A DNA stretch of 64,000 nucleotides from an uncultured Pseudomonadota bacterium (GTDB taxonomy: Bacteria > Myxococcota_A > Polyangia > Fen-1088), in NCBI GenBank assembly GCA_963819375.1, contig CAWFVU010000010.1, forward strand, positions 3,332 through 67,331, written 5' to 3'. A program made the position numbers and the translations under genes. Below are positions 25,363-35,221 of the stretch, piece after piece. The notes under the pieces are model-generated. The model worked only from the letters and a program-made list of their open reading frames with translations. It had not been told where the DNA came from and searched no databases. Numbering within the stretch: position 1 is the stretch's first letter; each line of letters opens with the position of its first letter.

Positions 25363-27078
25363 GTGGCCGAGCCAGTCGCGCCCACCCCCACCGACTGCTC
25401 GCTGACGAGGTTCGCGCGCGAGCTTTGCCGCGTCGATGACTACGACGCGGTGATCGAGCTCGTGCGGCGCGAACTGGCGGCCCGCTTCGGCCTGACCAAC
25501 GCCTGGCTGTATGTCATCGAACGCGAGGAGGACGAGCAGGCGCTGCTGGTCGCCGTCGCCGGACCCAACGCCGCCGCCATCCGCGAGGAGCTTCCGTCGA
25601 CGCCCGCGGCCGGAGACTGGCTCTTCACCGCTCTGCGCCGTGACGAAGGGCCGATCGTCATCCCCGACGCGCGCGACTCGGTGGAGAAATTGCACGTGGC
25701 GCGCCGGCTCGACAACCGCACGGTCGTCAACGTGCCCATCGGCATCGTGGACCGTACCCTGGGAATCCTCGGGGGGGGCACCTTCGGCGACGAGGGGCCC
25801 GTCCCCGTCGACGAGGGCGCCACTGCCTATCTGTTGCACCTTGCCAACCTGGCGTCGGTGGCGATCGCGCGGTTCGTGCTTCGCGCGCGCGACGAGGCCC
25901 GGGCGCGGCTGCAGGCTGAGCGCGCGCAACGCCAGCGGCTGCAGAGCCTGGGGCTGCTGGCGGGCGGGGTGGCTCACGACTTCCGCAACCTGCTCACCGT
26001 CATCCGCAACAGCGCAGGGTTCATCGCGGCCGAGCCCCTCAGTGAGGCGCAGCGAAAGGACCTGGAGGTCATTGCGGACGCTGAGCGAAGCGCCAGCGCG
26101 CTGACCGGTAAGCTGTTGATGCTGGGTCGCGACCAGCCGCCCAACTTGGTGGTCGCCGAGGTCAACGACATCGTGACCGCCTGCCTGCCGCTCCTCCAGC
26201 AGGTGCTCCCTCCGCAAGCGCGGATCACCTTCACCGGCGCGGAGGGGTTGCCGCCGCTGCGCCTCGATCCCCATCAGCTGGAACAGGTGCTGGTCAACAT
26301 GGCCCTCAACGCGCGCGACGCGATGTCGATCGACGGCCACCTGGCCCTGACGACGCAGGCGGTGACGATCGACGACGGGGACCTGCGCGCGCATGGCTCG
26401 GACAACCGCAGCGGCTACGTTCGCCTCACCGTCTCCGACAACGGCTGCGGGATGTCGCCCGAGGTGGTCGAACGCGCGTTCGAACCATTCTTCACCACCA
26501 AACCCCAGGGGGAGGGGACCGGGCTCGGACTCGCCGTCAGCTGGGGCGTCGTGCAGCAGCACGGCGGATTCATCCATTGCGCGTCCGAGGTGGGCGCCGG
26601 CACCACCTTCGAGATCTACCTGCCGGTCGTCGAGGAGCTCGCTCCCGAGGCCGCGCCTCCCGATCAGAATTCGGCGCCGGGCGGAACGGAGCGGATTCTC
26701 TTCGCCGACGATCAACCCTACCTGCTGGACATCGTCGCGCGCGTGCTGTCGCGCGCCGGGTACAGTGTGGTCGCCGTCGCCAATGGGGCCGCCGCCGTCG
26801 AAGCCGCCGCCCGGGAGGACTTCGACCTTCACGTCCTCGACGCCATCATGCCGGTGATGAGCGGTCGTGAAGCCTGTGAGCGTATTCGCGCGGTGCGGCC
26901 GGAGGCGCAGTTCCTCTTCATCAGCGGCTTCAGTGGCGCCGCGCTCCCGGTGTCGTTCCTGGCGGAGCTCGGAATCAGGGTCCTTCCCAAGCCGTTCGAC
27001 GCCGCCACCCTCCTGCGCGAGGTGCGGGCGACGCTCGACGCGGCGGCTGGTCAGACCGCGGCGAGCGTCGCCAAGTAG
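25363..27078 (+). CDS. Hybrid sensor histidine kinase (GAF-HisKA-HATPase-receiver)
   Basis: H-box LAGGVAHDFRNLL, N-box NMALNARDAM, DNGCGM, FFTTK..GTGLGL. Receiver ILFADD..LDAIMP..KP. Confidence 0.93.
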   Translation: MAEPVAPTPTDCSLTRFARELCRVDDYDAVIELVRRELAARFGLTNAWLYVIEREEDEQALLVAVAGPNAAAIREELPSTPAAGDWLFTALRRDEGPIVIPDARDSVEKLHVARRLDNRTVVNVPIGIVDRTLGILGGGTFGDEGPVPVDEGATAYLLHLANLASVAIARFVLRARDEARARLQAERAQRQRLQSLGLLAGGVAHDFRNLLTVIRNSAGFIAAEPLSEAQRKDLEVIADAERSASALTGKLLMLGRDQPPNLVVAEVNDIVTACLPLLQQVLPPQARITFTGAEGLPPLRLDPHQLEQVLVNMALNARDAMSIDGHLALTTQAVTIDDGDLRAHGSDNRSGYVRLTVSDNGCGMSPEVVERAFEPFFTTKPQGEGTGLGLAVSWGVVQQHGGFIHCASEVGAGTTFEIYLPVVEELAPEAAPPDQNSAPGGTERILFADDQPYLLDIVARVLSRAGYSVVAVANGAAAVEAAAREDFDLHVLDAIMPVMSGREACERIRAVRPEAQFLFISGFSGAALPVSFLAELGIRVLPKPFDAATLLREVRATLDAAAGQTAASVAK

Positions 27079-27118
27079 CTAGACGAACCAGATCGCGTCG
27101 AGCGCAGCGCGGACGGGC

Positions 27119-28021
27119 TCAGGTGCCGCTCGGCGTGGCCGCACGGCGGGCCTCGTCGACAAAGCCGTCGAGAAAGCGCGAGATCGGTCTGGTGCGCTTG
27201 AGGGTCGGGCGGCAGGCGAGGCGCACGTCGATCGGAGGGACGTCGGCGGCTTCGATGGCGAGGTGGCGGCGATCGTCGCGTCCCAGCGCCAGGCCAGGGA
27301 CCAAGCCCATGCCGAGATCCTGGCGGACGTACGACAGCAGCAGCGAAACGCTGGGGAGATCGATCGTCGACAAGGGGCGCAGGCGCAGGCGGCCGAGGTA
27401 CTCGTCCAGGATGCGGCGTCCCTGGCTGCCAGGACGCAGGCGCAGGAGCGGCTCGCGGCCGAGGCGCGCACGAATGGGCTCGGAGGCTCGCTTCTTCGAG
27501 GCCCGCGGCGCGACCCAGTAAAATCGCTGGGTACAGAGCTGCGTCTCGTCCGCGGTCAGCGCGCGATCGGTGCTGACGACGGCGACGTCGACCTGTCCGG
27601 CCGACGCCAGTCGCCCCGCCTCGATCGAGTTGGTGGTGGTGATCTCGAAGCGGAGCGGCGCCCCCTCGGCGAACAGCCGCCGCAGCACGGGCAGGAGCAG
27701 CGCCTCGCCCAGGTAGTCGCTGGCCGCGATCCGCAGGGTGGTGACGCGCGCGGCGGTCATCTCGCCGAGCTGCGCCTCCAGCGAGGCCGCTTCGTCGAAG
27801 AGACGCGTCAGGCTCCCCAAGAGCGCCTCGCCCGCCGCGCTCGGCCGGATCCCCCGCCCGACCTTCTCGAACAGCGCGACGCCGAAGCGCGCCTCGATCC
27901 GGCGGATCTGCTGCGAGACGGCCGAGGCGGTCTTGTGCAGGCGGCGCGCGGCCTCCCCGACGGAGCCTGTCTGGGCGACGACCAGCGCGTCGTGAAAGGC
28001 GGGGATGAGGGCGGGGTCCAT
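27119..28021 (-). CDS. LysR family transcriptional regulator
   Basis: GSVGEAARRLHKTASAVSQQIRRIEARFGVALFEKVGR HTH. Divergent from leuC. Confidence 0.93.
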   Translation of the reverse strand: MDPALIPAFHDALVVAQTGSVGEAARRLHKTASAVSQQIRRIEARFGVALFEKVGRGIRPSAAGEALLGSLTRLFDEAASLEAQLGEMTAARVTTLRIAASDYLGEALLLPVLRRLFAEGAPLRFEITTTNSIEAGRLASAGQVDVAVVSTDRALTADETQLCTQRFYWVAPRASKKRASEPIRARLGREPLLRLRPGSQGRRILDEYLGRLRLRPLSTIDLPSVSLLLSYVRQDLGMGLVPGLALGRDDRRHLAIEAADVPPIDVRLACRPTLKRTRPISRFLDGFVDEARRAATPSGT

Positions 28022-28031
28022 CGGCTCGACG

Positions 28032-28048
28032 GTTAAGTATAACTTAAC
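28032..28048. promoter_or_regulatory. LysR box (T-N11-A palindrome)
   Basis: GTTAAGT-ATA-ACTTAAC, a perfect inverted repeat between the divergent lysR and leuC. Confidence 0.7.
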
Positions 28049-28104
28049 GATCGGGGCGGCCGTTGTCACTGGACGGAGCGGGTCTCCGGGGCCAAGGTGG
28101 GGGC

Positions 28105-29502
28105 ATGAAACCGCGCACGATGTTCGAGAAGATCTGGGAAGCGCACCTGGTGCGCCCCGCCGACGCCGACACGCCGGCCATTCTCTACGTCGACCTGCAC
28201 CTGGTCCACGAAGTGACCTCGCCGCAGGCCTTCACCTGGCTGCGCGAGCGCGGCCTCAAGGTGCGGCGGCCTTCGCAGACGGTCGCCACCATGGATCACT
28301 CGACGCCGACCACGCCGCGCGGCCGCGACGGGAAGATCCCGATCCTCGACAACGCGGCGGCGATGCAGATCGCGGCGCTGGAGAAGAACTGCGCCGACTT
28401 CGGGATCGAGCTGCACGCGCTCGGCACCGAGGGCCAGGGGATCGTGCACGTCATCGGACCCGAGCTGGGCGTCACCCAGCCGGGCGAGGTGATCGTCTGC
28501 GGCGACAGCCACACCAGCACCCACGGCGCCTTCGGCGCGCTGGCGTTCGGGATCGGGACCAGCGAGGTGTCGCACGTCCTCGCCACGCAGACCCTCCTGC
28601 AGCAGCCGCCCAAGACGCTGGCGGTGACCATCGAGGGGACGCTGCGGCCGGGCGTGACCGCCAAGGACCTCGTGCTGGCGGTGATCGCGCGGCTCGGCAT
28701 CGGCGGCGGCACCGGACACGTCATCGAGTACCGTGGCTCGGCGATCCGGGCCCTGTCGATGGAGGAGCGGATGACCGTCTGCAACATGTCGATCGAGGCC
28801 GGCGCCCGCGCCGGGATGATCGCGCCCGACGAGACGACGTTCGCCTATCTGAAGGATCGCCCGCGCGCCCCCAAGGGCGCCGCCTGGGACAAGGCCGTGG
28901 CGGCCTGGCGGCAGCTGCCGTCGGACCCGGGCGCGACCTTCGATCGCGAGGAGAAGTTCGACGCCGCCAAGCTGGAGCCGATGATCACCTACGGGACCAA
29001 CCCCGGCATGGGGATCCCGATCGGCGGCGACATCCCCGCCTCGGCGGGCGCCAGCGACGCCAAGGCGCTGGCCTACATGGGGCTCACCGACGACAAGCAG
29101 CTCCTCGGGCACAAGGTCGACGTGGTGTTCATCGGCAGCTGCACCAACTCGCGGCTGTCGGACCTGCGCGCGGCGGCGACCATCTTCAAGGGGCGCAAGG
29201 TGGCCCCGGGGGTGCGCACGCTGGTGGTGCCGGGCTCGCAGGCGATCAAGAAGGCGGCCGAGGCCGAGGGGCTCGATCGGGTGTTTCTCGACGCCGGCGC
29301 CGAGTGGCGCGAGGCCGGCTGCTCGATGTGCATCGCCATGAACGGCGATCAGCTCAAGCCGGGCCAGTACGCGGTCAGCACCAGCAACCGCAACTTCGAG
29401 GGGCGTCAGGGCGCCGGCGGGCGCACCTTCCTGGCCAGCCCGTTGACCGCCGCCGCCGCCGCCGTCACCGGCCGCGTCACCGACGCCCGCGAATTGGTTT
29501 AA
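28105..29502 (+). CDS. leuC: 3-isopropylmalate dehydratase large subunit
   Basis: [58 protein letters not shown]. Confidence 0.98.
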   Translation: MKPRTMFEKIWEAHLVRPADADTPAILYVDLHLVHEVTSPQAFTWLRERGLKVRRPSQTVATMDHSTPTTPRGRDGKIPILDNAAAMQIAALEKNCADFGIELHALGTEGQGIVHVIGPELGVTQPGEVIVCGDSHTSTHGAFGALAFGIGTSEVSHVLATQTLLQQPPKTLAVTIEGTLRPGVTAKDLVLAVIARLGIGGGTGHVIEYRGSAIRALSMEERMTVCNMSIEAGARAGMIAPDETTFAYLKDRPRAPKGAAWDKAVAAWRQLPSDPGATFDREEKFDAAKLEPMITYGTNPGMGIPIGGDIPASAGASDAKALAYMGLTDDKQLLGHKVDVVFIGSCTNSRLSDLRAAATIFKGRKVAPGVRTLVVPGSQAIKKAAEAEGLDRVFLDAGAEWREAGCSMCIAMNGDQLKPGQYAVSTSNRNFEGRQGAGGRTFLASPLTAAAAAVTGRVTDARELV

Positions 29503-29526
29503 AGAGACGGTTTTAAGGAGACGACG

Positions 29527-30102
29527 ATGGAACCTTTCAAGACGCTGACCTCGAAGACGGTCGTTCTCCCGGTCGAGAACGTCGACACCGATCAGATCAT
29601 CCCCGCGCGCTTCCTCAAGGCGACCAGCAAGGCGGGCCTCGGGTCCAAGCTGTTCGCCGACTGGCGGTTCGACGCCGAGGGGAAGCCCAAGGGCGACTTC
29701 GTGCTCAACCGCCCGGAGTCGGCCGGCGCGGCGATCCTGGTGGCGGGCGACAACTTCGGCTGCGGCTCGTCGCGCGAGCACGCCCCCTGGGCGCTGGTCG
29801 ACTACGGGATTCGCGCGGTGGTCAGTACGTCGATCGCCGACATCTTTCGAAACAATTCGTTGAAGAACGGCCTCGTGCCGGTCGTCGTCGACAAGGCGGC
29901 GCACGCCAAGCTTCTGGCGGCGCCGGGCGCCAGCCTGTCGATCTCCGTCGAAGACCGGACTTTGACGCTGCCGGACGGATCGCGCGCGTCATTCCCCATC
30001 GATCCGTTCGCGCGCTACTGCCTGCTGAACGGCGTCGATGAGCTGGAATTCTTGCTTTCGCACGAGGCGGCCATCACGGCCTTCGAGGCGCGCCGCGGCT
30101 GA
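29527..30102 (+). CDS. leuD: 3-isopropylmalate dehydratase small subunit
   Basis: [13 protein letters not shown] and [15 protein letters not shown]. Confidence 0.98.
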   Translation: MEPFKTLTSKTVVLPVENVDTDQIIPARFLKATSKAGLGSKLFADWRFDAEGKPKGDFVLNRPESAGAAILVAGDNFGCGSSREHAPWALVDYGIRAVVSTSIADIFRNNSLKNGLVPVVVDKAAHAKLLAAPGASLSISVEDRTLTLPDGSRASFPIDPFARYCLLNGVDELEFLLSHEAAITAFEARRG

Positions 30103-30175
30103 GTTTAAGTATTTTCCCGAGATTGATTCGTCGCCGCCAGCAGCGCTATCATCGAAGACGACGGAGGTTCGACGC

Positions 30176-30385
30176 ATGGAGAAGATCCGCGTGGACACGG
30201 GGTCGGCGGCGGTGCAGATGGTGAGGTTGAAGGAACGTCACGGCGAGCTCGAGCGAAGGCTCGCACAGCTGGAGCGGCACCTGTCGCTCACGCCGGACGA
30301 ACAGGTCGAGCGCAGCAGGTTGAAGAAAGAGAAGCTGCGCACGAAGGACGAGCTGCAACGCCTGGGCGCCGTCCGCGCTCCATAG
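30176..30385 (+). CDS. DUF465/YdcH family small protein
   Basis: [43 protein letters not shown]. Confidence 0.8.
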   Translation: MEKIRVDTGSAAVQMVRLKERHGELERRLAQLERHLSLTPDEQVERSRLKKEKLRTKDELQRLGAVRAP

Positions 30386-30407
30386 CGGGGGCTTCGCGCG
30401 AATCGCG

Positions 30408-30911
30408 GTGACCGAGTCGGCCGAGCACGCCGCCTTCATCGAGCGGCTGCGGCAGTCCGGCATCCGCATCGATCGCGAGGGGCGATTCATCCACGAAGGG
30501 GCGGAGGTGACCCACGCGGGGCTCCGGCAGGCGCTCTTTCGCTGGCTCGATCGCCTGCCCTCGTCTCCTGATGCCCGCTACGTTCTTCGGCTCGATGAGC
30601 GCCGGTTCGCCTATATCGACGTCGACGACACGCCGCTGGTCGCGCGGGCGGCGCGGATCGATCCGGCCGGGACGATCTGGCTGGCGCTCTCCGACGGTGC
30701 GGAAGAGGCGCTGGATCCCCAGACCTTGACGATCGACGGCGCCGGCATCCTCCGTTCCTGGGTCCGCGGCGGCCGGCTGGAAGCGCGGCTCGCGACGTCG
30801 ACCATCGCGGCGCTGGGCGAGCTCCTCACTGAGACGCCCGACGGACGCCCGGCGTTGCGCGTGGCGGGGCAGACGGTGGAGATCCCGCCGCGCGCACGAC
30901 GGGAAGGGTGA
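30408..30911 (+). CDS. DUF1285-like hypothetical protein
   Basis: [35 protein letters not shown] pattern. Confidence 0.65.
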   Translation: MTESAEHAAFIERLRQSGIRIDREGRFIHEGAEVTHAGLRQALFRWLDRLPSSPDARYVLRLDERRFAYIDVDDTPLVARAARIDPAGTIWLALSDGAEEALDPQTLTIDGAGILRSWVRGGRLEARLATSTIAALGELLTETPDGRPALRVAGQTVEIPPRARREG

Positions 30912-32372
30912 CGACGAAGCGCGCCCCGCCCAGCGGCGAGGGCGTCTCCGCGACGCGGACGTCGCCGCCGTGATCGAGCATGATCTTGCGGACGATGGCC
31001 AGCCCGAGGCCGGTGCCGTGCTCCTTGGTCGTCATGTAGGGGTCGAAGATCCGCTCGCGCGCGTCGCCGGCCACGCCGGGGCCGTTGTCGTCCACGAAGA
31101 TAGAGAGGCCGCGCTCTCCCCTTCCGCGAGGGCGATCCGCACCGTCGGCTCGCGCCCCGCTGCCTCGGCGGCCTGAACGGCGTTCTCCACCAGGTTGGCG
31201 AGCACGCGGCGGATCAACATCCGGTCACAGAGCGCGCCGACCGGGCCGCGCCGCTCGACCTGCAACGCCTTCTGCCACTCGGGGTGGGCGCGGGAGAAGT
31301 CGTCGACCACCTGGCCGAGGTCGACCGGCACGGGCTCGACCTTGGGGAGCTTGGCGAACGCCGAAAAATCGTCGACCAGACGACGGATGGCGCCGACCTC
31401 TTCGGTGAGGATCTCCTGCGCGGTGCCGAGCAGCTTCTCGTACGTCGGATCGCCGCCGCGGTACTTCGAGGCCAGCTCCTGCACCGCGAGCTGGATCGGC
31501 GTCAGCGGGTTCTTGATCTCGTGGGCCAGCCGCCGCGCCACCTCCTGCCAGGCGGCCAGCTTCTGCATGTAGCCGAGGCGTGACCGCGCCTCCGAAAGCT
31601 CGGCGACCATCTGATCGAAGGCGCGCCCGAGATCGTCGAGCTCGTCGGAGCCACGCGGCGCCACCCGCACGGTGAGATCCCCCTCGCCGACGCGGCGGGC
31701 CGCGTCGCTGAGCGCGGCGACCCGGCCGGTGGCCCGGCGGGCAATGAAGAGGCCCAGCGCCGCCGCGATCAAGAGCACCACCACCAGCGCCACGCCGAGC
31801 CCGTGGAAGATGCGCGGCAAGACCACCGGCAGCAGGCGATCGAGCTCGTGCTCCTCTTCCATCGCCGCCCGCAGCGCCAGGAAGTTGGCGTAGATCTCGC
31901 GCGGGATCCCGAAGGTCAGCTCCAAAATACGTGGTTCGGGACGCGGCTCGCTGCGCGCCTCGCCGCCGGTCTCGGGCAGCGCCACCAGGTTGGGCGGCGC
32001 CTCGCGCGCCTCGGCGATCACCGCCGGCGGCGCCGACCACTCGTCGACCGCGCGCGCTCCCGAGAGAATCCGAGCGTGCAGGAGATCGGGCACGTCGGCC
32101 AGATCTCCCGCGCGGTCGACCGGCCCGGCGGCGATCTCCGCCGCCCGCGCGTGGAAGCTGTCCTTCATCTTCTCGAAGTAGGCCTTGTAAACCTCGACCG
32201 CGCCGCCCAGAGACTTCCGGACCGCCTCCTGGTGTTGGTCGGTGATGGCCTCGACGCGGCCGATCGTCACCGACATGAGGTAGGCCGTTGCGCCGAGCGG
32301 CAGTGAGGCCACGGTGAAGAGCGCGAGCAGGATCTTCCACTCGAACCGGCCGGGCAAACGCAACAGCTTCAT
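30826..32372 (-). CDS. NtrY-like HAMP sensor histidine kinase (frameshift near 31100)
   Basis: Two TM helices, [26 protein letters not shown] and [30 protein letters not shown] is in a second frame. Confidence 0.9.
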
Positions 32373-33091
32373 CAGCGTGACCTCCCTGGTTGCGGCCGAA
32401 TTTGCGTCGGCGGCACCGCCGGCGACGGCGATGGCGCCGCGATGCCCAGCACGAACGGCTGCGAGACGAAACGAACCTGGCGCTCGCTGTCCTCGATGCG
32501 CGGGTTCACGAAGATGCTGACGAAAGATCCGAAGAAGCTGTCCCCGGCCCCGAGGCGACGCTGCCCGCGCGCCGGCTGGACCAGCCAGCGGCGCACCTCG
32601 ATCAGCAGGTCCTCGGAGATCGGGTTGAGATCGCCGCGCACGGCCAGCACGTAGTCGGTGCCGGGGCGCAGACGGGCCAGGTCGACCATCGGGACCTCGA
32701 AGAGGACGGCGGCCCGCCAGATCGCCTCGTCGGCGGTGGGGGCCACGGCGCGGCGCTCGACGCCGAGACCGTCGGAGGTGCGCACGCCGAACTTTTCGTC
32801 CCAGATGTCATAGACGATCTCGGCCCGCTGGACGGCGACGGCGACAGGGTCACCGGTGGCGGCCTCTTCGAGGGCAGCGCGGACGAGGACGCGGGTGGCG
32901 AACCCTGACTTCAGGCGCTCTCGCTCGGCCTCGCCGAACAGATCCTGCAGCCCGACCGAGACGGTGAGTCGGCCGTTCTTGCTGGCGAAGCCGACCGCCC
33001 GCAGGGGGGCGGGATCGGCGGCCGAGGCGGGCGAGGGGCCCGCCAGGGCGCTGGCGAGGACCACGGCAACGGCGACCCGGCGGTACCACAT
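32372..33091 (-). CDS. DUF4390-like periplasmic protein
   Basis: Signal peptide; ERLKSG...EIVYDIWDEKF pattern. Coupled directly upstream of the NtrY-like kinase. Confidence 0.6.
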   Translation of the reverse strand: MWYRRVAVAVVLASALAGPSPASAADPAPLRAVGFASKNGRLTVSVGLQDLFGEAERERLKSGFATRVLVRAALEEAATGDPVAVAVQRAEIVYDIWDEKFGVRTSDGLGVERRAVAPTADEAIWRAAVLFEVPMVDLARLRPGTDYVLAVRGDLNPISEDLLIEVRRWLVQPARGQRRLGAGDSFFGSFVSIFVNPRIEDSERQVRFVSQPFVLGIAAPSPSPAVPPTQIRPQPGRSR

Positions 33092-34620
33092 CAGAAGGAG
33101 CTGCGGCTGAGCACGTTGGCGATGGAAACCGTGAACACGCCGACGTACGTGTCGAGACGAAGGCCGAGGTCACCCGTCAGCGCGATCGGCGGTGACGTGA
33201 GCGTGTCTTCGTCGCTGGCCATCCCCAACACGCCGAACGCCACGAAGGCGTCGCCGCCGTAAACCCAGCCGCGGTGACGCCAGACCGGGATCGCGTACTC
33301 GACCAGCAGCCGACCGGCGTAGTTGTCGTAGCGTTGAGCCGCGATCGACGTGCCGAGAAAGCTCGGCGCCGGCTGGGTCGAGAAGTTGATCCCCAACGCG
33401 CGGCGGGGCAGCAGGAGGTCGAGATCGCCGATGAAGAACCGGTCGAAGTAGGGGGCGTTGCCTTCGATCGAGCCAGCGAAGAGGTGAAAGCCCAGCGCGT
33501 GCCCGTGGGGCATCTTCAGGTAGACCGACCCGTTGAAGACCGTCTTGACGTAGCTGTAGCTCGAGCCAAGGAGAGAGGTCCCCACCTCGCCGGAGAGCGC
33601 GAGCCGCATTCCGGAGCGCGGCAACACGGGGTCCGAGCGGGTGTCGTAGTCGAGGCTGGCGGCGATCGTCCCGACCCGGCTCTGCCCGTCCTGGATCATG
33701 AAGTCGATCGGCACCGAGGTGCCGTCAGGCAGCGTCTGTTGCAGCGGCGGGGGCGGCAGCGGTGGGGGCGGCAGCGGCGCGTGCGGCAGCGTCGCCGAGA
33801 GCTGCTCCATTCGGAAGGCCGCCGTGGCGTGCAGGTTGTGGGGGAGCATCTTCCCGGCGGTCAGCACGCCGCCGGCCCGCCGGACCCGGGTGGCGATGAA
33901 TCGGCCGGGATCGGCGTCGGTGTCCTGGCCGGACGTCCGGTAAAACTCACTGCCGTCGTTGTAGAGCCCCGTCACCGACAGCCCGACGCCATCGGGTCCG
34001 CCGAGCGGCGGAATGCCGATGTGCAGCCGCAACCCGAGTCCGGCGTGCGCCTCGGGAACGATGGGCTTGGTCGAGACGACGAAGCCGGCCCCCAGGTTGA
34101 TCCCGCGGCCGAGGAAGTTCATCTCCGACACGTCGGCGCCACCCCAGAACAGGGTGGCCTCGCTGGTGGCCGGGAAGAGCTCGTTGATGACCAGCGTACC
34201 GCGCTCCTCGACATCGACGACCAGCACCACCGACCCGCGCTTCGATCCGCGCGCCACCGAGAGGTGGACGTCGAGGAAGTAGCCGAGCGAGAGCAGCCGG
34301 TAGCGCGCCGCCTCGACCCTGGAATCGGAGGCGTCGAGGGAGACGCCGGGTCCGAGGCCCACCACCGCCAGCTCGCCGACGATGAGCGAGGTCGCCGTCT
34401 TGCGGTTGCCGGCGATCCGCACCGCCTCGATCACGTAGCGGGGGCCGAAGCGCGGATCGGGGAACGCCACGGCGTCGGCCGCGGACGGGCCGGCGGCCTC
34501 GGCGAGATCGCCGGGATCGGCGCTGCCGGTGCCGTCTGGTGCTCCCGCGGCGACCGCCGCACGCGCGCCTGCCAAAAAGATCGCTGCGGCGACGAGGCGG
34601 GCGCCGGCCCGGGCGAGCAT
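33091..34620 (-). CDS. BamA/TamA (Omp85) family outer-membrane protein with a single POTRA
   Basis: IEAVRIAGNRKT..LLSLGYFLDV..VDVEER POTRA; EMNFLGRG; YDTRSD..PRSG; DRFFIG; terminal Phe. Confidence 0.82.
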   Translation of the reverse strand: MLARAGARLVAAAIFLAGARAAVAAGAPDGTGSADPGDLAEAAGPSAADAVAFPDPRFGPRYVIEAVRIAGNRKTATSLIVGELAVVGLGPGVSLDASDSRVEAARYRLLSLGYFLDVHLSVARGSKRGSVVLVVDVEERGTLVINELFPATSEATLFWGGADVSEMNFLGRGINLGAGFVVSTKPIVPEAHAGLGLRLHIGIPPLGGPDGVGLSVTGLYNDGSEFYRTSGQDTDADPGRFIATRVRRAGGVLTAGKMLPHNLHATAAFRMEQLSATLPHAPLPPPPLPPPPLQQTLPDGTSVPIDFMIQDGQSRVGTIAASLDYDTRSDPVLPRSGMRLALSGEVGTSLLGSSYSYVKTVFNGSVYLKMPHGHALGFHLFAGSIEGNAPYFDRFFIGDLDLLLPRRALGINFSTQPAPSFLGTSIAAQRYDNYAGRLLVEYAIPVWRHRGWVYGGDAFVAFGVLGMASDEDTLTSPPIALTGDLGLRLDTYVGVFTVSIANVLSRSSF

Positions 34621-34706
34621 GCCGCAGCATACCCCGACCGCGGAAATTCCGAGCGTGAGCGAAGCAACGGCAGCCGTCGATTGCCGCCGCTCGGCGCCGG
34701 CCGGCG

Positions 34707-35171
34707 TTACAGCCTGCGGGTCAGTTTCAGGTCGGTCAGCGAATCGTAGGTGCGAACCTGCTCGGGGAGGATTTCGCGCGCCACCAGGCTGCGGGTGTCG
34801 CGATCCAGCTTGCAGACGTCGTCGAGGTAGTGCTTGAGGCCGCGATCCTCGCTCGCTTCCAGCGCCGTGATGGCAGCGTCCGCCGCGTCGCCCCCGACGC
34901 CCAGCCCAGGCGAAAGGGGCCTCACCAGGTCGTCGTCCTCTTCTTCGTCGTTGTCTTGCTCGTTGTCTTGCTCGTTCGGATCGCCGCCCAGAAAGCGAAT
35001 TCGCTGTTCCAGCGTCGCGATTCGGCGCTCGTGCGAGGCGAGGCAGGCGCGCAGCTCCTCACCGTCGGGCGCCTCGGCAAATCCCGGTAGGGCGCGCCGG
35101 TAGCTGGCCACCGTCGTCAGCTCGTCGTGCAGGAACGCGATCAGCGTCCGGATGCTTGCTTCCTGTCCCAT
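34707..35171 (-). CDS. Ferritin-like DUF2383-type protein
   Basis: LIAFLHDELTTVASYRRAL, SHERRIATLEQRIRFLGGDP, ALEASEDRGLKHY, ILPEQ. Confidence 0.7.
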   Translation of the reverse strand: MGQEASIRTLIAFLHDELTTVASYRRALPGFAEAPDGEELRACLASHERRIATLEQRIRFLGGDPNEQDNEQDNDEEEDDDLVRPLSPGLGVGGDAADAAITALEASEDRGLKHYLDDVCKLDRDTRSLVAREILPEQVRTYDSLTDLKLTRRL

Positions 35172-35221
35172 CGCCTCTTCCGCGCCTCCCGCCTCCCGCT
35201 CTCCCTGGTGCTCGACCCCGA

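Noticed and set aside
27119-30102. Divergent lysR-leuCD as a novel pathway
   Set aside because: Canonical LeuC/LeuD sequences. LysR-divergent leuCD arrangements are already known in bacteria.
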